A DNA stretch of 64,000 nucleotides from NCBI GenBank assembly GCA_965204435.1, contig OZ241997.1:5113132-5177131 (forward strand). The letters run 5' to 3'. Each line of letters begins with the position of its first letter. Position 1 is the stretch's first letter. Of this stretch, positions 53,260 to 64,000 are shown piece by piece. Made by a program: the position numbers and the translations under genes. The notes below the pieces were generated by a model. That model searched no databases. It saw only the letters and a list, made by a program, of their open reading frames with translations, and was not told the origin of the DNA. This stretch comes from Bryobacterales bacterium. Its GTDB lineage: Bacteria; Acidobacteriota; Terriglobia; Bryobacterales; UBA6623.

Positions 53260-55674
53260 TTAGACCGCCGGACGGTCGCCGTGTTGGATCACCTGCACGC
53301 CGCCTGCGGTGAACGGATGCTTGGACAATCCCGCGATCGGCTCGACGAAAGCCAGATCCAGCACGTCATCCATCGTCTCCACGAAACGCAAGGTGAGGTT
53401 CTCGCGGATGTTCTCGGGCACGTCAGGCAGATCCTTCTCGTTTTCTTTCGGCAGCAGGACTTCCTTGATGCCGTGACGGCTGGCCGCCAGCAGCTTTTCT
53501 TTCAGGCCGCCGATGGCGAGCACCTTGCCGCGCAGCGTCACCTCGCCAGTCATGGCGACATCACCGCGCACCTGGACCTTGGTGAGGGCGCTTGCGATCG
53601 CGGCTGTCAGCGTGATGCCGGCCGACGGGCCGTCCTTGGGAATCGCGCCTTCGGGCACGTGGACGTGAATGTCGAGATTCTGGTAAAAGCCCTTGGGCAA
53701 TCCGAAGGCGCCGGAACGCGAGCGGATGTAGCTCATCGCGGCGCGGGCGGACTCCTGCATGACGTCGCCCAGCTTGCCGGTCAGGGTCAGCTTGCCCTGT
53801 CCGTCCATCAGCGTCGTCTCCACATGCAGCAGCGTGCCGCCGAGCTCGGTCCAAGCCAAGCCTATGGCGGTGCCGATCTCGTGCTTGAGCTCGGTGCCGG
53901 GCTCGCGATACTTGGGCACCTTGAGGAACTGCTTGACCGACTTGGCGTTGACGATCGCCTTCTTGGCGCGCTTGGGCTTCTTGCCGCGCACGACCTCGAG
54001 GGCAACCTTGCGGCAGATATTGCCAATCTCGCGCTCTAGGTTTCGTACCCCAGCTTCGCGGGTGTACTGCTCGATGATCAGGCGGATGCCGTCCTCGCGG
54101 AACTCGATGTCCTTGCCCTGCTTCAGGCCCACGTTCTTGATCTGCTTGCCGATCAGGTGGCGCTTAGCGATCTCGGTCTTCTCGTCCTCGGTGTAGCCGC
54201 TGATGCGGATCACTTCCATGCGGTCCAGCAGCGGTGCCGGGAGCGTGTGCAGCACGTTCGCCGTGGCGATGAAGAAGACTTGGCTGAGATCGAACTCCAC
54301 GTCGAGGTAGTGGTCCTGGAAAGCGGAGTTCTGTTCCGGGTCCAGCACTTCCATCAGCGCCGCGGACGGGTCGCCCCGGAAGTCGGCCGACATCTTGTCG
54401 ACCTCGTCCAGCATCACGACCGGATTTCGCGTGCCGGCCTTTTTCATCATCTGGATGATCTGCCCCGGAAGAGCGCCGATGTACGTGCGCCGGTGTCCCC
54501 GGATCTCTGCCTCGTCGCGCACGCCGCCCAGCGACAGCCGGACGAACTTGCGGCCGGTGGCCCTGGCGATCGACTTGCCCAGCGAGGTCTTGCCGACTCC
54601 CGGAGGCCCCACGAAGCACAGGATGGACCCTTGCGGGCGGCTGACCAGGCGGCGCACGGCGAGAAACTCGAGGATGCGCTCCTTGACCTTCTCGAGGCTG
54701 TAGTGATCCGCGTTCAGCACCTTTTCGGCATTGGCCAGATCCCGGATCTCGCGGCTCTTGGCCTTCCAAGGCACCGATAGCAGCCAGTCGATGTAGTTGT
54801 GCGAGACCGTGCCCTCGGCGGACATGGGCGGCATGTTCTCGAGCTTCTGGACTTCCGCCAGCGCCTTCTTGCGGGCGTCGGCGCTCATGCCGGACTCGTC
54901 GATACGCCGGCGGTACTCGTCGAACTCGCTTCGTTCGCCGCGGCCGAGCTCTTTCTGGATGGCCTTGATCTTCTCGTTGAGGTAGTACTCTTTCTGCGCC
55001 TTCTCCATCTGTCGCTTGACGCGGCCTTGCACCGTGCGATCCACGGCGAGCTTTTCGAGTTCGATGTCGAGCAGTTCGCCGATGCGCCCCAGCCGCTCGA
55101 GCGGATCGAAGATCTCGAGCAGGTCTTGCTTCTGGGAAACGGACAGCGGGAGGTTGGCGCCGATGGTGTCAGAGAGCTTGCCCGGGTCGTCGACGCGCAC
55201 CGCCGCGATCATCGTTTCGTAGTTCAGGCTCTGGCTCTGCTTGACGTACTGCTCGAACGAGGCCGTGACGCGCGAGACGAGGCCTTCGAGGTCCGGATCG
55301 CTGATTTCGGGGAAGCGCGCCGTTTCGACCAGCGCCTGCATGAACCCGTCCTCGATGCGCACGCTGCGCAGCTTGGCGCGCTCGAGGCCCTCGACCAGCA
55401 CCTTGATGTTGCCGTCGGGCAGCTTCAGGCTTTGGACGATGCTGACGACCGTGCCGACCGCGTAAACGTCGGCGGGCGTGGGGTCGTTATCCGACGCGTC
55501 GTGCTGCGTTGCGAGGAAAATCTTCTTGTCATGCGCCAGCGAAGCCTCCAGCGCCTTCACGCTGGCAGCCCGCCCGACCACGAACGGAGACATCATGTGC
55601 GGAAAGATCACCACGTCACGGATCGGCATCATCGGCATCCGCGCGCTGGTCTTGGCAACGATCGCACTAGGCAT
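53260..55674 (-). CDS. lon: ATP-dependent Lon protease
   Basis: LON N-terminal domain ([20 protein letters not shown]), Walker A ([13 protein letters not shown]) and the protease Ser motif ([10 protein letters not shown]). Confidence 0.95.
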   Translation of the reverse strand: MPSAIVAKTSARMPMMPIRDVVIFPHMMSPFVVGRAASVKALEASLAHDKKIFLATQHDASDNDPTPADVYAVGTVVSIVQSLKLPDGNIKVLVEGLERAKLRSVRIEDGFMQALVETARFPEISDPDLEGLVSRVTASFEQYVKQSQSLNYETMIAAVRVDDPGKLSDTIGANLPLSVSQKQDLLEIFDPLERLGRIGELLDIELEKLAVDRTVQGRVKRQMEKAQKEYYLNEKIKAIQKELGRGERSEFDEYRRRIDESGMSADARKKALAEVQKLENMPPMSAEGTVSHNYIDWLLSVPWKAKSREIRDLANAEKVLNADHYSLEKVKERILEFLAVRRLVSRPQGSILCFVGPPGVGKTSLGKSIARATGRKFVRLSLGGVRDEAEIRGHRRTYIGALPGQIIQMMKKAGTRNPVVMLDEVDKMSADFRGDPSAALMEVLDPEQNSAFQDHYLDVEFDLSQVFFIATANVLHTLPAPLLDRMEVIRISGYTEDEKTEIAKRHLIGKQIKNVGLKQGKDIEFREDGIRLIIEQYTREAGVRNLEREIGNICRKVALEVVRGKKPKRAKKAIVNAKSVKQFLKVPKYREPGTELKHEIGTAIGLAWTELGGTLLHVETTLMDGQGKLTLTGKLGDVMQESARAAMSYIRSRSGAFGLPKGFYQNLDIHVHVPEGAIPKDGPSAGITLTAAIASALTKVQVRGDVAMTGEVTLRGKVLAIGGLKEKLLAASRHGIKEVLLPKENEKDLPDVPENIRENLTLRFVETMDDVLDLAFVEPIAGLSKHPFTAGGVQVIQHGDRPAV

Positions 55675-55794
55675 GTCTCTATTTTATCCTGCGATTCCGA
55701 CGCGCGGCCAGCGGCGGGCGCACGTGCCTATAGAGAGCGGCGTTGCGGCGGCAGTCCCGGTGAAACTGCCCCAGTCGGATGCCCGCCCGGGCTG

Positions 55795-57099
<1,305 letters not shown>

Positions 57100-57216
57100 C
57101 GACCTCTCCGAAGCGCGGGACTGGGTTGTGGCGGCAAAGCACGCTAGGCGACCGATCCCATCGTAGCAAGAATCCTGCCGCAGCGGATTCGCAGGCGAAA
57201 TCTCGATGGGCGAGGC

Positions 57217-57984
57217 CTACGCGCGGACGGCGTCGGCCAGCCAGGCGAGCGCGCGGCGAACCTCCTCGGGCCCGTTCACCCGATAACGCGCCCCGGAATT
57301 CGCCGTCTCCGGTCCCACGTAGACAGTAATGGCCTCGTCCGGCAGCGCGGCAAAGGCGGTCTCGTCGGTCGTGTCGTCCCCGAAGTAGATCGGCAGCCCG
57401 CCCAGCTCGCCCAGCAGCCCCAAGGCGGCCGTGCCTTTGTCGACGCCATCGTTCGGGGTGATGTCGAACACTCGCTTGCCCTGGCTGACGTTGAGGGATC
57501 CGCTGGCCGCTGCCTGGCGGACCGCGCGCTCCACGCGCTGCCAGTGCCGTGCATCGACGTTGCGAAAGTGCGCCGCCGCCGCCGTTCCCTTGTCCTCGAC
57601 CTGGAATCCCTCGATCTCACCCAGCTCGTCTGCGAGGCGTTGGCAGCAGGCGCGGACTTGCGACACGCCGGCCGCGTTGGACTCGACCTCGGCGCTGCCC
57701 GGGCGGATGCGCTCGCGGCCGTGGCTGCCGAAGTAGTGAGCGTCGGCCAACCCCGCCAGCGCCCGCACGTCCCGCGCGCCCCGGCCGCTCACGATCGCCA
57801 GAGTGACGCGAGGGCTCGCCTGCAGCTTCCGGAGCGTCGGCAGCGCGGCATCGGGAATGCGCGCATCGGAGGGACGCGGCACGATCGGTGCGAGCGTGCC
57901 GTCGAAGTCCAGCATCAGCAACAGCCGTTCGGCTCGGGTCAGGCGACCGGCCACCGCGGTCCAGTGCTCGAGCAGGTGGATCAC
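57217..57984 (-). CDS. otsB: trehalose-phosphatase
   Basis: HAD motif I is LLMLDFDGTLAPIV. Motif IV is IYFGDDTTDE. The start overlaps the otsA stop (57981-57984). Confidence 0.85.
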   Translation of the reverse strand: MIHLLEHWTAVAGRLTRAERLLLMLDFDGTLAPIVPRPSDARIPDAALPTLRKLQASPRVTLAIVSGRGARDVRALAGLADAHYFGSHGRERIRPGSAEVESNAAGVSQVRACCQRLADELGEIEGFQVEDKGTAAAAHFRNVDARHWQRVERAVRQAAASGSLNVSQGKRVFDITPNDGVDKGTAALGLLGELGGLPIYFGDDTTDETAFAALPDEAITVYVGPETANSGARYRVNGPEEVRRALAWLADAVRA

Positions 57985-59498
57985 TGCGCGTCCGGCTGGC
58001 CGGGCACGGCTTGGAGAATGCTGCCGATCCAGCCGTAGATGTTGTGGGTGCGAACATGCTCGCGCAGGCGCCGCATGCGCTGTCCGTCGTCAGTGTCCGC
58101 TCGGTCGCTGAGCGCGTACAGGCGCTCGGCAAAATCGTCGACTGCGAGGGGATTGAAACAGTCTGCGCCGGGCAGTTCCCAGGCTGCGCCTGTGAACTCG
58201 CTCAGCAGCAAGTGCCCGCGCTCGTCGTTGCGGGCGGCCAGGAATTCCTTGGCCACCAGATTCATGCCGTCTTCCAGCGAACTCACCACGCACACGTCAG
58301 CCAGGCGGTACAGCGCCAACACGTCGTCATCCGCCAGCTGGCGCTTGAGCGAGATTACCGGGCCGGGCTCCCGGTCGCTGCCGCCTGCGTTCATGCGCTT
58401 CTCGATCGCGTCGACCTCCGCGTGCAAGTCGCGGTAGGCCGGTATCTCGGTGCGGCTGGGGGCGCCGGCATGGATGTAGGCCGTCTTCGTGCGCATCTCC
58501 GGGTGTTGCGCGAGCATCCGCTCGAGCGCCTGCAGGCGCTCGAGCACGCCCTTGGTGTAGTCGATGCGGTCAAGGCCGAGCACGACAAACTTGCCGTCCA
58601 GGCGATAGCGCTCGCGAAGCTTGCTGACTGCCTCGTCACACGCCGCGCCGGACGATCTCTGCGAGACGCGGTCAAAGTCGATCGAGATCGGAAAGGCCTG
58701 CACGCGCACGGGGCGTCCGTTCCGGAGCAGGGTTTGCGAGTCGGCGATGTCGCAGCCTGCGCGCGTCCGCGCGGCCCGCAGGAAGCGCTCGGCGTACTCC
58801 GGCACATGGACGCCGAAGACGTCGTTCCCAAGCACGCCGTCGAGGATCTGCTCGTGCCACGGGCACATTGCGAGCACCTCGGGCAGAGGCCAGGGGATGT
58901 GCCAGAAATGTACGCAAACCGCATTGGGACAACGCTGCTTGATGAGCCTTGGCAGCAGTGCGAAGTGATAGTCCTGGATGAAGATGATCGCGTCCTGATC
59001 GCCCACCACGCGGGATACCGCAGCTGCAAACTTGGCGTTGACCTTGCGATAGGCCTCCCAGTGGGCATTGCGAAACACGGGCTTGGTGAAGGCCAGGTGG
59101 CAGACTGGCCAGATCGCTTGGTTGGCGCAGCCGTTGTAATAGCCGTCGTTCTCTTCGCTGGTCAGCCAAACGCGCTGAAGGTCGTAGGCGGGGTCGTCGG
59201 GAGGGACTCGCAGCCTGCCTTCTTCATCAGCGCTCGCGCGATCGGCGTCCCCCGAGCCGTGAGCCACCCACACGCCCCCGACCGCTTGCATCACCGAGTT
59301 CAGCGCGAGCGTCAAGCCCCCCACGGCCGCTTGGGCGCGAACCTGGCCGTCGGGGCCGAAGCTGTGCACGAACGGCTCGCGGTTCGAAACGTTTACGAAG
59401 AGGCGGTTGCCGACCCGCTTGCGGATCAGTTCGGCGAGCTCTGACTTTGACCGCGCGAGTCCGGCACCGCTTGCTTGGGATGGATCAGAAGTAGACAT
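57981..59498 (-). CDS. otsA: alpha,alpha-trehalose-phosphate synthase (UDP/ADP-forming)
   Basis: The GT20 pattern is present: VSNREPF...WVAHGSGDAD, IFIQDYHFALLP, HIPWP, LDRIDYTKG, SLEDGMNLVAKEF. Confidence 0.9.
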   Translation of the reverse strand: MSTSDPSQASGAGLARSKSELAELIRKRVGNRLFVNVSNREPFVHSFGPDGQVRAQAAVGGLTLALNSVMQAVGGVWVAHGSGDADRASADEEGRLRVPPDDPAYDLQRVWLTSEENDGYYNGCANQAIWPVCHLAFTKPVFRNAHWEAYRKVNAKFAAAVSRVVGDQDAIIFIQDYHFALLPRLIKQRCPNAVCVHFWHIPWPLPEVLAMCPWHEQILDGVLGNDVFGVHVPEYAERFLRAARTRAGCDIADSQTLLRNGRPVRVQAFPISIDFDRVSQRSSGAACDEAVSKLRERYRLDGKFVVLGLDRIDYTKGVLERLQALERMLAQHPEMRTKTAYIHAGAPSRTEIPAYRDLHAEVDAIEKRMNAGGSDREPGPVISLKRQLADDDVLALYRLADVCVVSSLEDGMNLVAKEFLAARNDERGHLLLSEFTGAAWELPGADCFNPLAVDDFAERLYALSDRADTDDGQRMRRLREHVRTHNIYGWIGSILQAVPGQPDAQ

Positions 59499-59537
59499 GA
59501 ACGGTGAGCCGGCGTGCGGGCGAGAGCCAGGGGTGCC

Positions 59538-60380
59538 CTAGCGCAATAGGGATTCCAATTCCACCCGCGCATCCGTGCGCTCGTCGCGGTATTTGACGAT
59601 GACCGGGGCGTAGAGCGACAGCCCCATGTCGCGTCCCTTGCCCGAGGCGATCGGGCGCGACCCCGGAACGACTACCGCTCCCGGCGGAATCACCAGCGGC
59701 TCGTCGCCCGAGGCGCGGTGCACGATGCCATGCACGATGTCGTACACCGGCGTGGAGCGGGTCAGCACCGTGCCCGCGCCCAGGACGGCGGAATGCTTGA
59801 CGATCGTGCCTTCGTAGACTCCCGTGTTGCCTCCCACCAGCACGTTGTCTTCGATGATCACGGGCAGGGCGCCGACCGGCTCGAGGACCCCGCCGATCTG
59901 GGCGGCGGCGCTGAGGTGGCAGTTCTTGCCGATCTGGGCACAGCTGCCGACCAGCGCGTGCGAATCCACCATCGAGCCATCGTCGACGTAGGCCCCCACA
60001 TTGACGTACATGGGTGGCATGCACGTCACGCGCCGGCCGATATAGCAGCCGTCGCGCAGGCTGGAGCCGCCCGGCACGAGCCGCACGCTGTCCTCGACAG
60101 TGAGGTCGCGCGGCGGGTAGGTGGACTTGTCGATGAACTTGAAGCGGCTGCCCGGCTCAGACATGTCGACGCTCTTTCCCATGCGGAATCCCACGAGGAT
60201 GCCGCGCTTGACCCAAGCGTTCACGCGCCAGCCGTGCGGCGTTGCCGAAGCGTCCGGCTCGGCGGCTCGCACCGAGCCATCGTTGAGTGCGGCCTTGAAC
60301 TCGGAGAATGTCTCCAGATCTTGATGCGTGTACGATTCGGGATTCTGATCGTACATGGCATCGATTCGGGCTTGCAGCAT
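59538..60380 (-). CDS. dapD: 2,3,4,5-tetrahydropyridine-2,6-dicarboxylate N-succinyltransferase
   Basis: The N-terminal helical domain is followed by hexapeptide repeats ([40 protein letters not shown]) and [12 protein letters not shown]. Confidence 0.85.
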   Translation of the reverse strand: MLQARIDAMYDQNPESYTHQDLETFSEFKAALNDGSVRAAEPDASATPHGWRVNAWVKRGILVGFRMGKSVDMSEPGSRFKFIDKSTYPPRDLTVEDSVRLVPGGSSLRDGCYIGRRVTCMPPMYVNVGAYVDDGSMVDSHALVGSCAQIGKNCHLSAAAQIGGVLEPVGALPVIIEDNVLVGGNTGVYEGTIVKHSAVLGAGTVLTRSTPVYDIVHGIVHRASGDEPLVIPPGAVVVPGSRPIASGKGRDMGLSLYAPVIVKYRDERTDARVELESLLR

Positions 60381-60671
60381 CCATCCAATCGTAGGGGATT
60401 ATGTACGAGAGTACCGTCAGGCCGCCCTCGCATACGATTCTGGAGCGACGCACGGCCCAGCGGCCCACGTTGACGCTCCGGCAGCCCTCACGAGCCGAAA
60501 TGTAGCAGCACTCCCCCGCGACGACCGGCCTGCAGAATGTCTCCGCAGGTTTCTGTGCTGCCATGTTTGTTGACCAGTCCGGACTTGGGTACGATAGCGG
60601 CTCTCGGAGCGAAGTGTCCGCAGGACGCGGCCGGGCGAAGCGCATGCCTCGGCTACGCGGCCGGTTTCATT

Positions 60672-61526
60672 GTGATCCGCAATCGAAGCAAGAGCGGTCA
60701 GCGCGCGACTTCGTTGGCGCGTCTCTTCGCCATCCTTCTCGTGCTCCCGGCTTGCTTGTCGGGACCTGTCGCAAGCTGGGCGCAGTCAGCGGAAGCTGCA
60801 TTCCGGTGGCCCGATGGCAAGCGCGCGGCTGTCAGCCTGAGCTTCGACGATGCCCGCCCGTCACAGGTCGACACCGGGCTCGCGGTGCTGGCCCGCTTGG
60901 ACGCCCGGGCGACCTTCTATGTCGTGCCTGTGCATGTCGAGGCCAAGCTCTCGGGCTGGAAGAGGCTGGTCGCGGCGGGCCATGAGATCGGCAACCACTC
61001 GGTGCGACATCCTTGCACCGGGAACTTCGAGTGGTCGCGTGAAGCCGCCTTGGAGAACTACACGCTCGAGCGCATGCGGCAGGAGCTTTTCGAGGCCAAT
61101 CGGCGCCTCGAACAGATGCTGGGCGTCACTCCGGCCACGTTCGCCTATCCCTGCGGGCAGACGTTCGTGGGACGCGGACGCGCCACCCACAGCTATGTCC
61201 CGCTTGTCGCCGAACTCTTCCTCGCCGGCCGCGGCTGGCTTGACGAGACGCCGAACGACCCGATCTTTCACGATCCTGCCCAAGTCAGCGGCATGTCGAT
61301 GGACGGCAAGGACTTCCCGGAGGTCAAGACCCTCGTCGAGAATGCCCGCGAAGCGGGGCAGTGGCTGGTGCTGGCCGGTCACGAGATCGGCTACTCGGGG
61401 CCTCAGACCACCCGGATCGAAATGCTCGAGCAGCTTGTTCCCTTCGTGCAAGATCCTGATAACGGGATTTGGTTCGAGACCGTCGAGGCCGTGGCGCGGT
61501 ACTTGAAGCAGCATCGGCAGGAATAG
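60672..61526 (+). CDS. polysaccharide deacetylase (CE4) family protein, secreted
   Basis: AVSLSFDDA, ATFYV and EIGNHSVRH are NodB-type motifs. I favour GTG 60672, which gives a signal peptide (RNRSKSGQRATSLARLFAILLVLPACLSGPVASWAQ). The ORF-track start is 60537. Confidence 0.7.
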   Translation: MIRNRSKSGQRATSLARLFAILLVLPACLSGPVASWAQSAEAAFRWPDGKRAAVSLSFDDARPSQVDTGLAVLARLDARATFYVVPVHVEAKLSGWKRLVAAGHEIGNHSVRHPCTGNFEWSREAALENYTLERMRQELFEANRRLEQMLGVTPATFAYPCGQTFVGRGRATHSYVPLVAELFLAGRGWLDETPNDPIFHDPAQVSGMSMDGKDFPEVKTLVENAREAGQWLVLAGHEIGYSGPQTTRIEMLEQLVPFVQDPDNGIWFETVEAVARYLKQHRQE

Positions 61527-61724
61527 CCGTGGGGCGGAGGCCGCTGACTGGCGAAGATTCCGGCAGCGCGAGTGCTGGGGCTGATTTCGCGCGGGCGGAC
61601 GTGGCAGGAACCCGTCTTGGCTGGACAATCCTCGCCGCTGCTGTCCGACTTGACTCTTCGCGATTCCGGCCGAAATAGTTGGCGCGACCTTGCGCGCCAG
61701 TGATAGACTTGACGCTCACGGCAA

Positions 61725-62432
61725 ATGGATGGCTTTCGGCCCAATTCGTATTCCGGCAAGCTGATCATTGTCGAGGGCATCGATGGCTCCGGCAAGTCCA
61801 CCCAACTCTCGCTACTGAGCCAGTGGCTCAGGTCGAAGCGCCTCGTAGTCTCGTTCAGCGAGTGGAACTCGTCTTCGATCGTCCGCGGCACCACACGCCA
61901 GGGCAAGCGCAAGCAGATGTTCACGCCCACCACCTTCAGCCTGATCCACGCGACCGACTTCGCAGATCGGCTCGAGCGGCACATTCTGCCGATGCTGGAG
62001 GCAGGCGCCGTGGTCTGCGCGGACCGCTACGCCTTCACGGCCTTCGCCCGCGACGTCGCCCGCGGCGTGCGTCCCCAGTGGGTTCGCAACCTTTACCGCA
62101 TGGCCATCAAGCCAGACTTGGCGTTCTATTTCCGCGTGCCCCTCAATGTCGCGCTCGACCGCATCCTGGGCGGGCGCGCCGCCCTCAAGTACTACGAGGC
62201 TGGCATGGATCTCAATCTCAGCTCCGATATCCGAGAGAGCTTCGCGCTCTTCCAAGAGCGCATCCTGCATGAGTACGAATCGATGGCAGAAGAGATGGGC
62301 TTCCATGTCATTGACGCGACCGGCACGATCGAAGAGCAGCAGCGCGAGGTGCGAGAGATCGTGATGGAGACAATCGGTGATGCCCTCGAGCAGGACATCC
62401 TGCGCCAGCCCAAAAGCGAGCGCCGAGCATGA
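61725..62432 (+). CDS. thymidylate kinase-like P-loop kinase 1
   Basis: KLIIVEGIDGSGKSTQ (canonical P-loop) and the DRY motif (VVCADRYAFTAFA). It lacks the TREPGG-type dTMP-binding segment of E. coli Tmk. Confidence 0.6.
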   Translation: MDGFRPNSYSGKLIIVEGIDGSGKSTQLSLLSQWLRSKRLVVSFSEWNSSSIVRGTTRQGKRKQMFTPTTFSLIHATDFADRLERHILPMLEAGAVVCADRYAFTAFARDVARGVRPQWVRNLYRMAIKPDLAFYFRVPLNVALDRILGGRAALKYYEAGMDLNLSSDIRESFALFQERILHEYESMAEEMGFHVIDATGTIEEQQREVREIVMETIGDALEQDILRQPKSERRA

Positions 62433-63133
62433 CCAACGAGAGCCCCACGCCGCTCGCTTTCTACGCTGACCCGCTGCCCAACGTCGACCTGACGGAACTG
62501 CAGGGAAAGCTCATTGTCATCGAAGGGCCCGATTCCGTGGGCCGCAGCACGCAAGTGGAGCGGCTGCGCAACTGGCTCGAGGCCAACGGCCACGCTGTGG
62601 TCGACACTGGCATGACCCGCTCCACGCTCACCAAGGAGGGCCTGCAAGAGGCCAAGAACGGCCACACGCTCGGGCCCCTCACCATGGGCCTGTTCTATAT
62701 GGCCGATTTCGCCGATCGCTTGGAGCGCGTCATCGTGCCAGCCCTGCGGGCCGGCTTCGTGGTGCTGACGGACCGCTACTTCTACTCGGTCGTCGCCCGC
62801 TCCGTGGCCCGCCACCAGGATTCTGAATGGCTCGAGCGGGTGGCCGGTTGCGCCCTCGTCCCCCATGCCACGTTCTACTTGCGTGCCTCGGTCGACGAGA
62901 TCGTGGCGCGCACCGCGCGCGGCCGGCGGTACTTCGAGTACTGGGAGAGCGGCATGGACGTGCCCTACGGCTCCAATCGATACGAGAGCTTCCGCGGTTA
63001 TCAAGCCAGGCTGATCGAGGTTCTCGATTCGCTTTCCGAGCGCTACGGTTTCACCGTAATCGACGCCAACCGGCCGCCGGACCAGATCTTCACCGACCTG
63101 CGCAAGGGCATTGCGGCCCTGCTAGAAATCTAG
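62429..63133 (+). CDS. thymidylate kinase-like P-loop kinase 2 (variant P-loop GRS)
   Basis: The ATG overlaps the upstream stop (ATGA). KLIVIEGPDSVGRSTQ has Arg in place of the P-loop Lys. It shares ADFADRLER and DRY with the preceding paralog. Confidence 0.6.
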   Translation: MTNESPTPLAFYADPLPNVDLTELQGKLIVIEGPDSVGRSTQVERLRNWLEANGHAVVDTGMTRSTLTKEGLQEAKNGHTLGPLTMGLFYMADFADRLERVIVPALRAGFVVLTDRYFYSVVARSVARHQDSEWLERVAGCALVPHATFYLRASVDEIVARTARGRRYFEYWESGMDVPYGSNRYESFRGYQARLIEVLDSLSERYGFTVIDANRPPDQIFTDLRKGIAALLEI

Positions 63134-63147
63134 CGGGCGGATTCTCT

Positions 63148-63831
63148 GTGAAGCCAGCGTACGAACTGCTCGTCTTCGACCTGGACGGGACGCTGATCGA
63201 CTCGACGCAGGATCTGGCGCAGTCTGTCAACGCCACTAGGGCGGACGCCGGCCTGCCGGCCCTGCCGACTTCCGCTGTTGCCTCGTACGTGGGCGACGGG
63301 GCCGAGATGCTGATCCGCCGGGCGCTCGGGCCCGGTGCTTCGGACGCACAGGTAGCCCGGGGCCTGGCCCACTTCCTGCAGTACTACCGCGAGCACATGC
63401 TGGACCACACCGTCCTGTACACAGGCGTGCGGGAGGCTCTCGCTGCGTGGGACGCGGCGGGACTGGCCATGGCCGTGCTGACGAACAAGCCCGAGCGCTT
63501 CAGCCGCGATCTGGTTGCCGGGCTGGGATTGGGCGAGATTTTCGCGAGGGTTTACGGCGGCAACAGCTTCCGTACCAAGAAGCCCGATCCGCACGGGCTC
63601 CGTCGAATCATGCGCGAACTCGGCTTCAACCCCGCGAGGACGCTGATGATCGGCGACAGTTCGGTGGACGTGCTGACCGCGCGCAACGCGGGCACGGACT
63701 GCGCGGGCGTGCGCTACGGCTTGCGTCCGGAGGATTTCGACCGACACCCGCCGGACATCCTGGTCGACGACATGCGCGAGCTCGCCGCTGTCGTGGGCGC
63801 CGGAGAGCGGTCTGCTCCCGTGCCTACGTAA
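63148..63831 (+). CDS. HAD-IA hydrolase, phosphoglycolate phosphatase-like
   Basis: GTG 63148. Motif I is [12 protein letters not shown], motif II is VLTNK and motifs III/IV are KKPDP...IGDSSVDV. Confidence 0.75.
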   Translation: MKPAYELLVFDLDGTLIDSTQDLAQSVNATRADAGLPALPTSAVASYVGDGAEMLIRRALGPGASDAQVARGLAHFLQYYREHMLDHTVLYTGVREALAAWDAAGLAMAVLTNKPERFSRDLVAGLGLGEIFARVYGGNSFRTKKPDPHGLRRIMRELGFNPARTLMIGDSSVDVLTARNAGTDCAGVRYGLRPEDFDRHPPDILVDDMRELAAVVGAGERSAPVPT

Positions 63832-64000
63832 ACGCCGGAATCCCGGTCACGTGCGAGCCGAGGATCAGCGTGTGGATATTATGCGTGCCCTCGTAGGTCT
63901 TGACGGTCTCGAGGTTGCACATGTGGCGGAAGATCGGGTACTCGTCGGTTATCCCGTTGGCTCCGAGCAGGTCGCGGGCCCGGCGCGCGACCTCTAAGGC
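63824..64000 (-). CDS. acyl-CoA (glutaryl-CoA-type) dehydrogenase, C-terminal fragment (5' end outside window)
   Basis: Own minus-strand translation reads ...[58 protein letters not shown]. This is the conserved ACAD C-terminal helix pattern (ARD.LG.NGI.DEY...RH..NLE.V.TYEGTH.IH.LILG...TG). The stop lies at 63824-63826, overlapping the HAD gene end by 8 nt. Confidence 0.7.
   Translation of the reverse strand, partial: ALEVARRARDLLGANGITDEYPIFRHMCNLETVKTYEGTHNIHTLILGSHVTGIPAFT

Overview
High-GC bacterial chromosomal window; hand-sampled 60-nt stretches are mostly 60-67% GC. I recognised no rRNA, tRNA, CRISPR array, transposase or integrase. I call about 50 protein-coding genes. Housekeeping genes: glyQ-glyS, ppdK, lpxC, rho, engB, lon, clpX, otsA-otsB, dapD and a photolyase. 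Transport genes: yjcH-actP, a sodium:solute symporter (SSS family), a divalent anion:Na+ symporter (DASS family), a TonB-dependent receptor (TBDR) and a YeiH-family protein. There are many predicted exported enzymes: six carry twin-arginine (Tat) motifs, namely two Gfo/Idh/MocA oxidoreductases, two xylose-isomerase-like TIM barrels and two UxuA-like proteins. Others are a PQQ-type sugar dehydrogenase with a TIGR03437-like C-terminal domain, a heptaheme cytochrome-TPR fusion, a ceramidase-like protein and a DUF3179 protein. This gene content suggests an Acidobacteriota-like soil bacterium (inference only). Items worth follow-up, in rough order: (1) A diverged 0.93-kb direct repeat (1911-2841 / 5111-6039) brackets a 2.27-kb lower-GC insert encoding an orphan membrane-anchored beta-propeller protein. 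Decay is reciprocal: one copy keeps an intact UDG-fold gene plus an actP stub, the other keeps intact actP plus a frameshifted UDG-fold gene. (2) Two divergent thymidylate-kinase-like genes are translationally coupled, the second with a GRS instead of GKS P-loop, and are followed by a HAD phosphatase. (3) Tat-signal UxuA-like, TIM-barrel and Gfo/Idh/MocA gene clusters look like periplasmic sugar oxidation/elimination modules. (4) A type III PKS overlaps an ICMT-family methyltransferase (phenolic-lipid type pair). (5) A RelE/ParE toxin-antitoxin islet carries an extra truncated antitoxin paralog. (6) Rho has a ~170-aa low-complexity N-terminal extension. I found no recognisable known defence system. 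All family assignments come from reading motifs by eye, not from searches.
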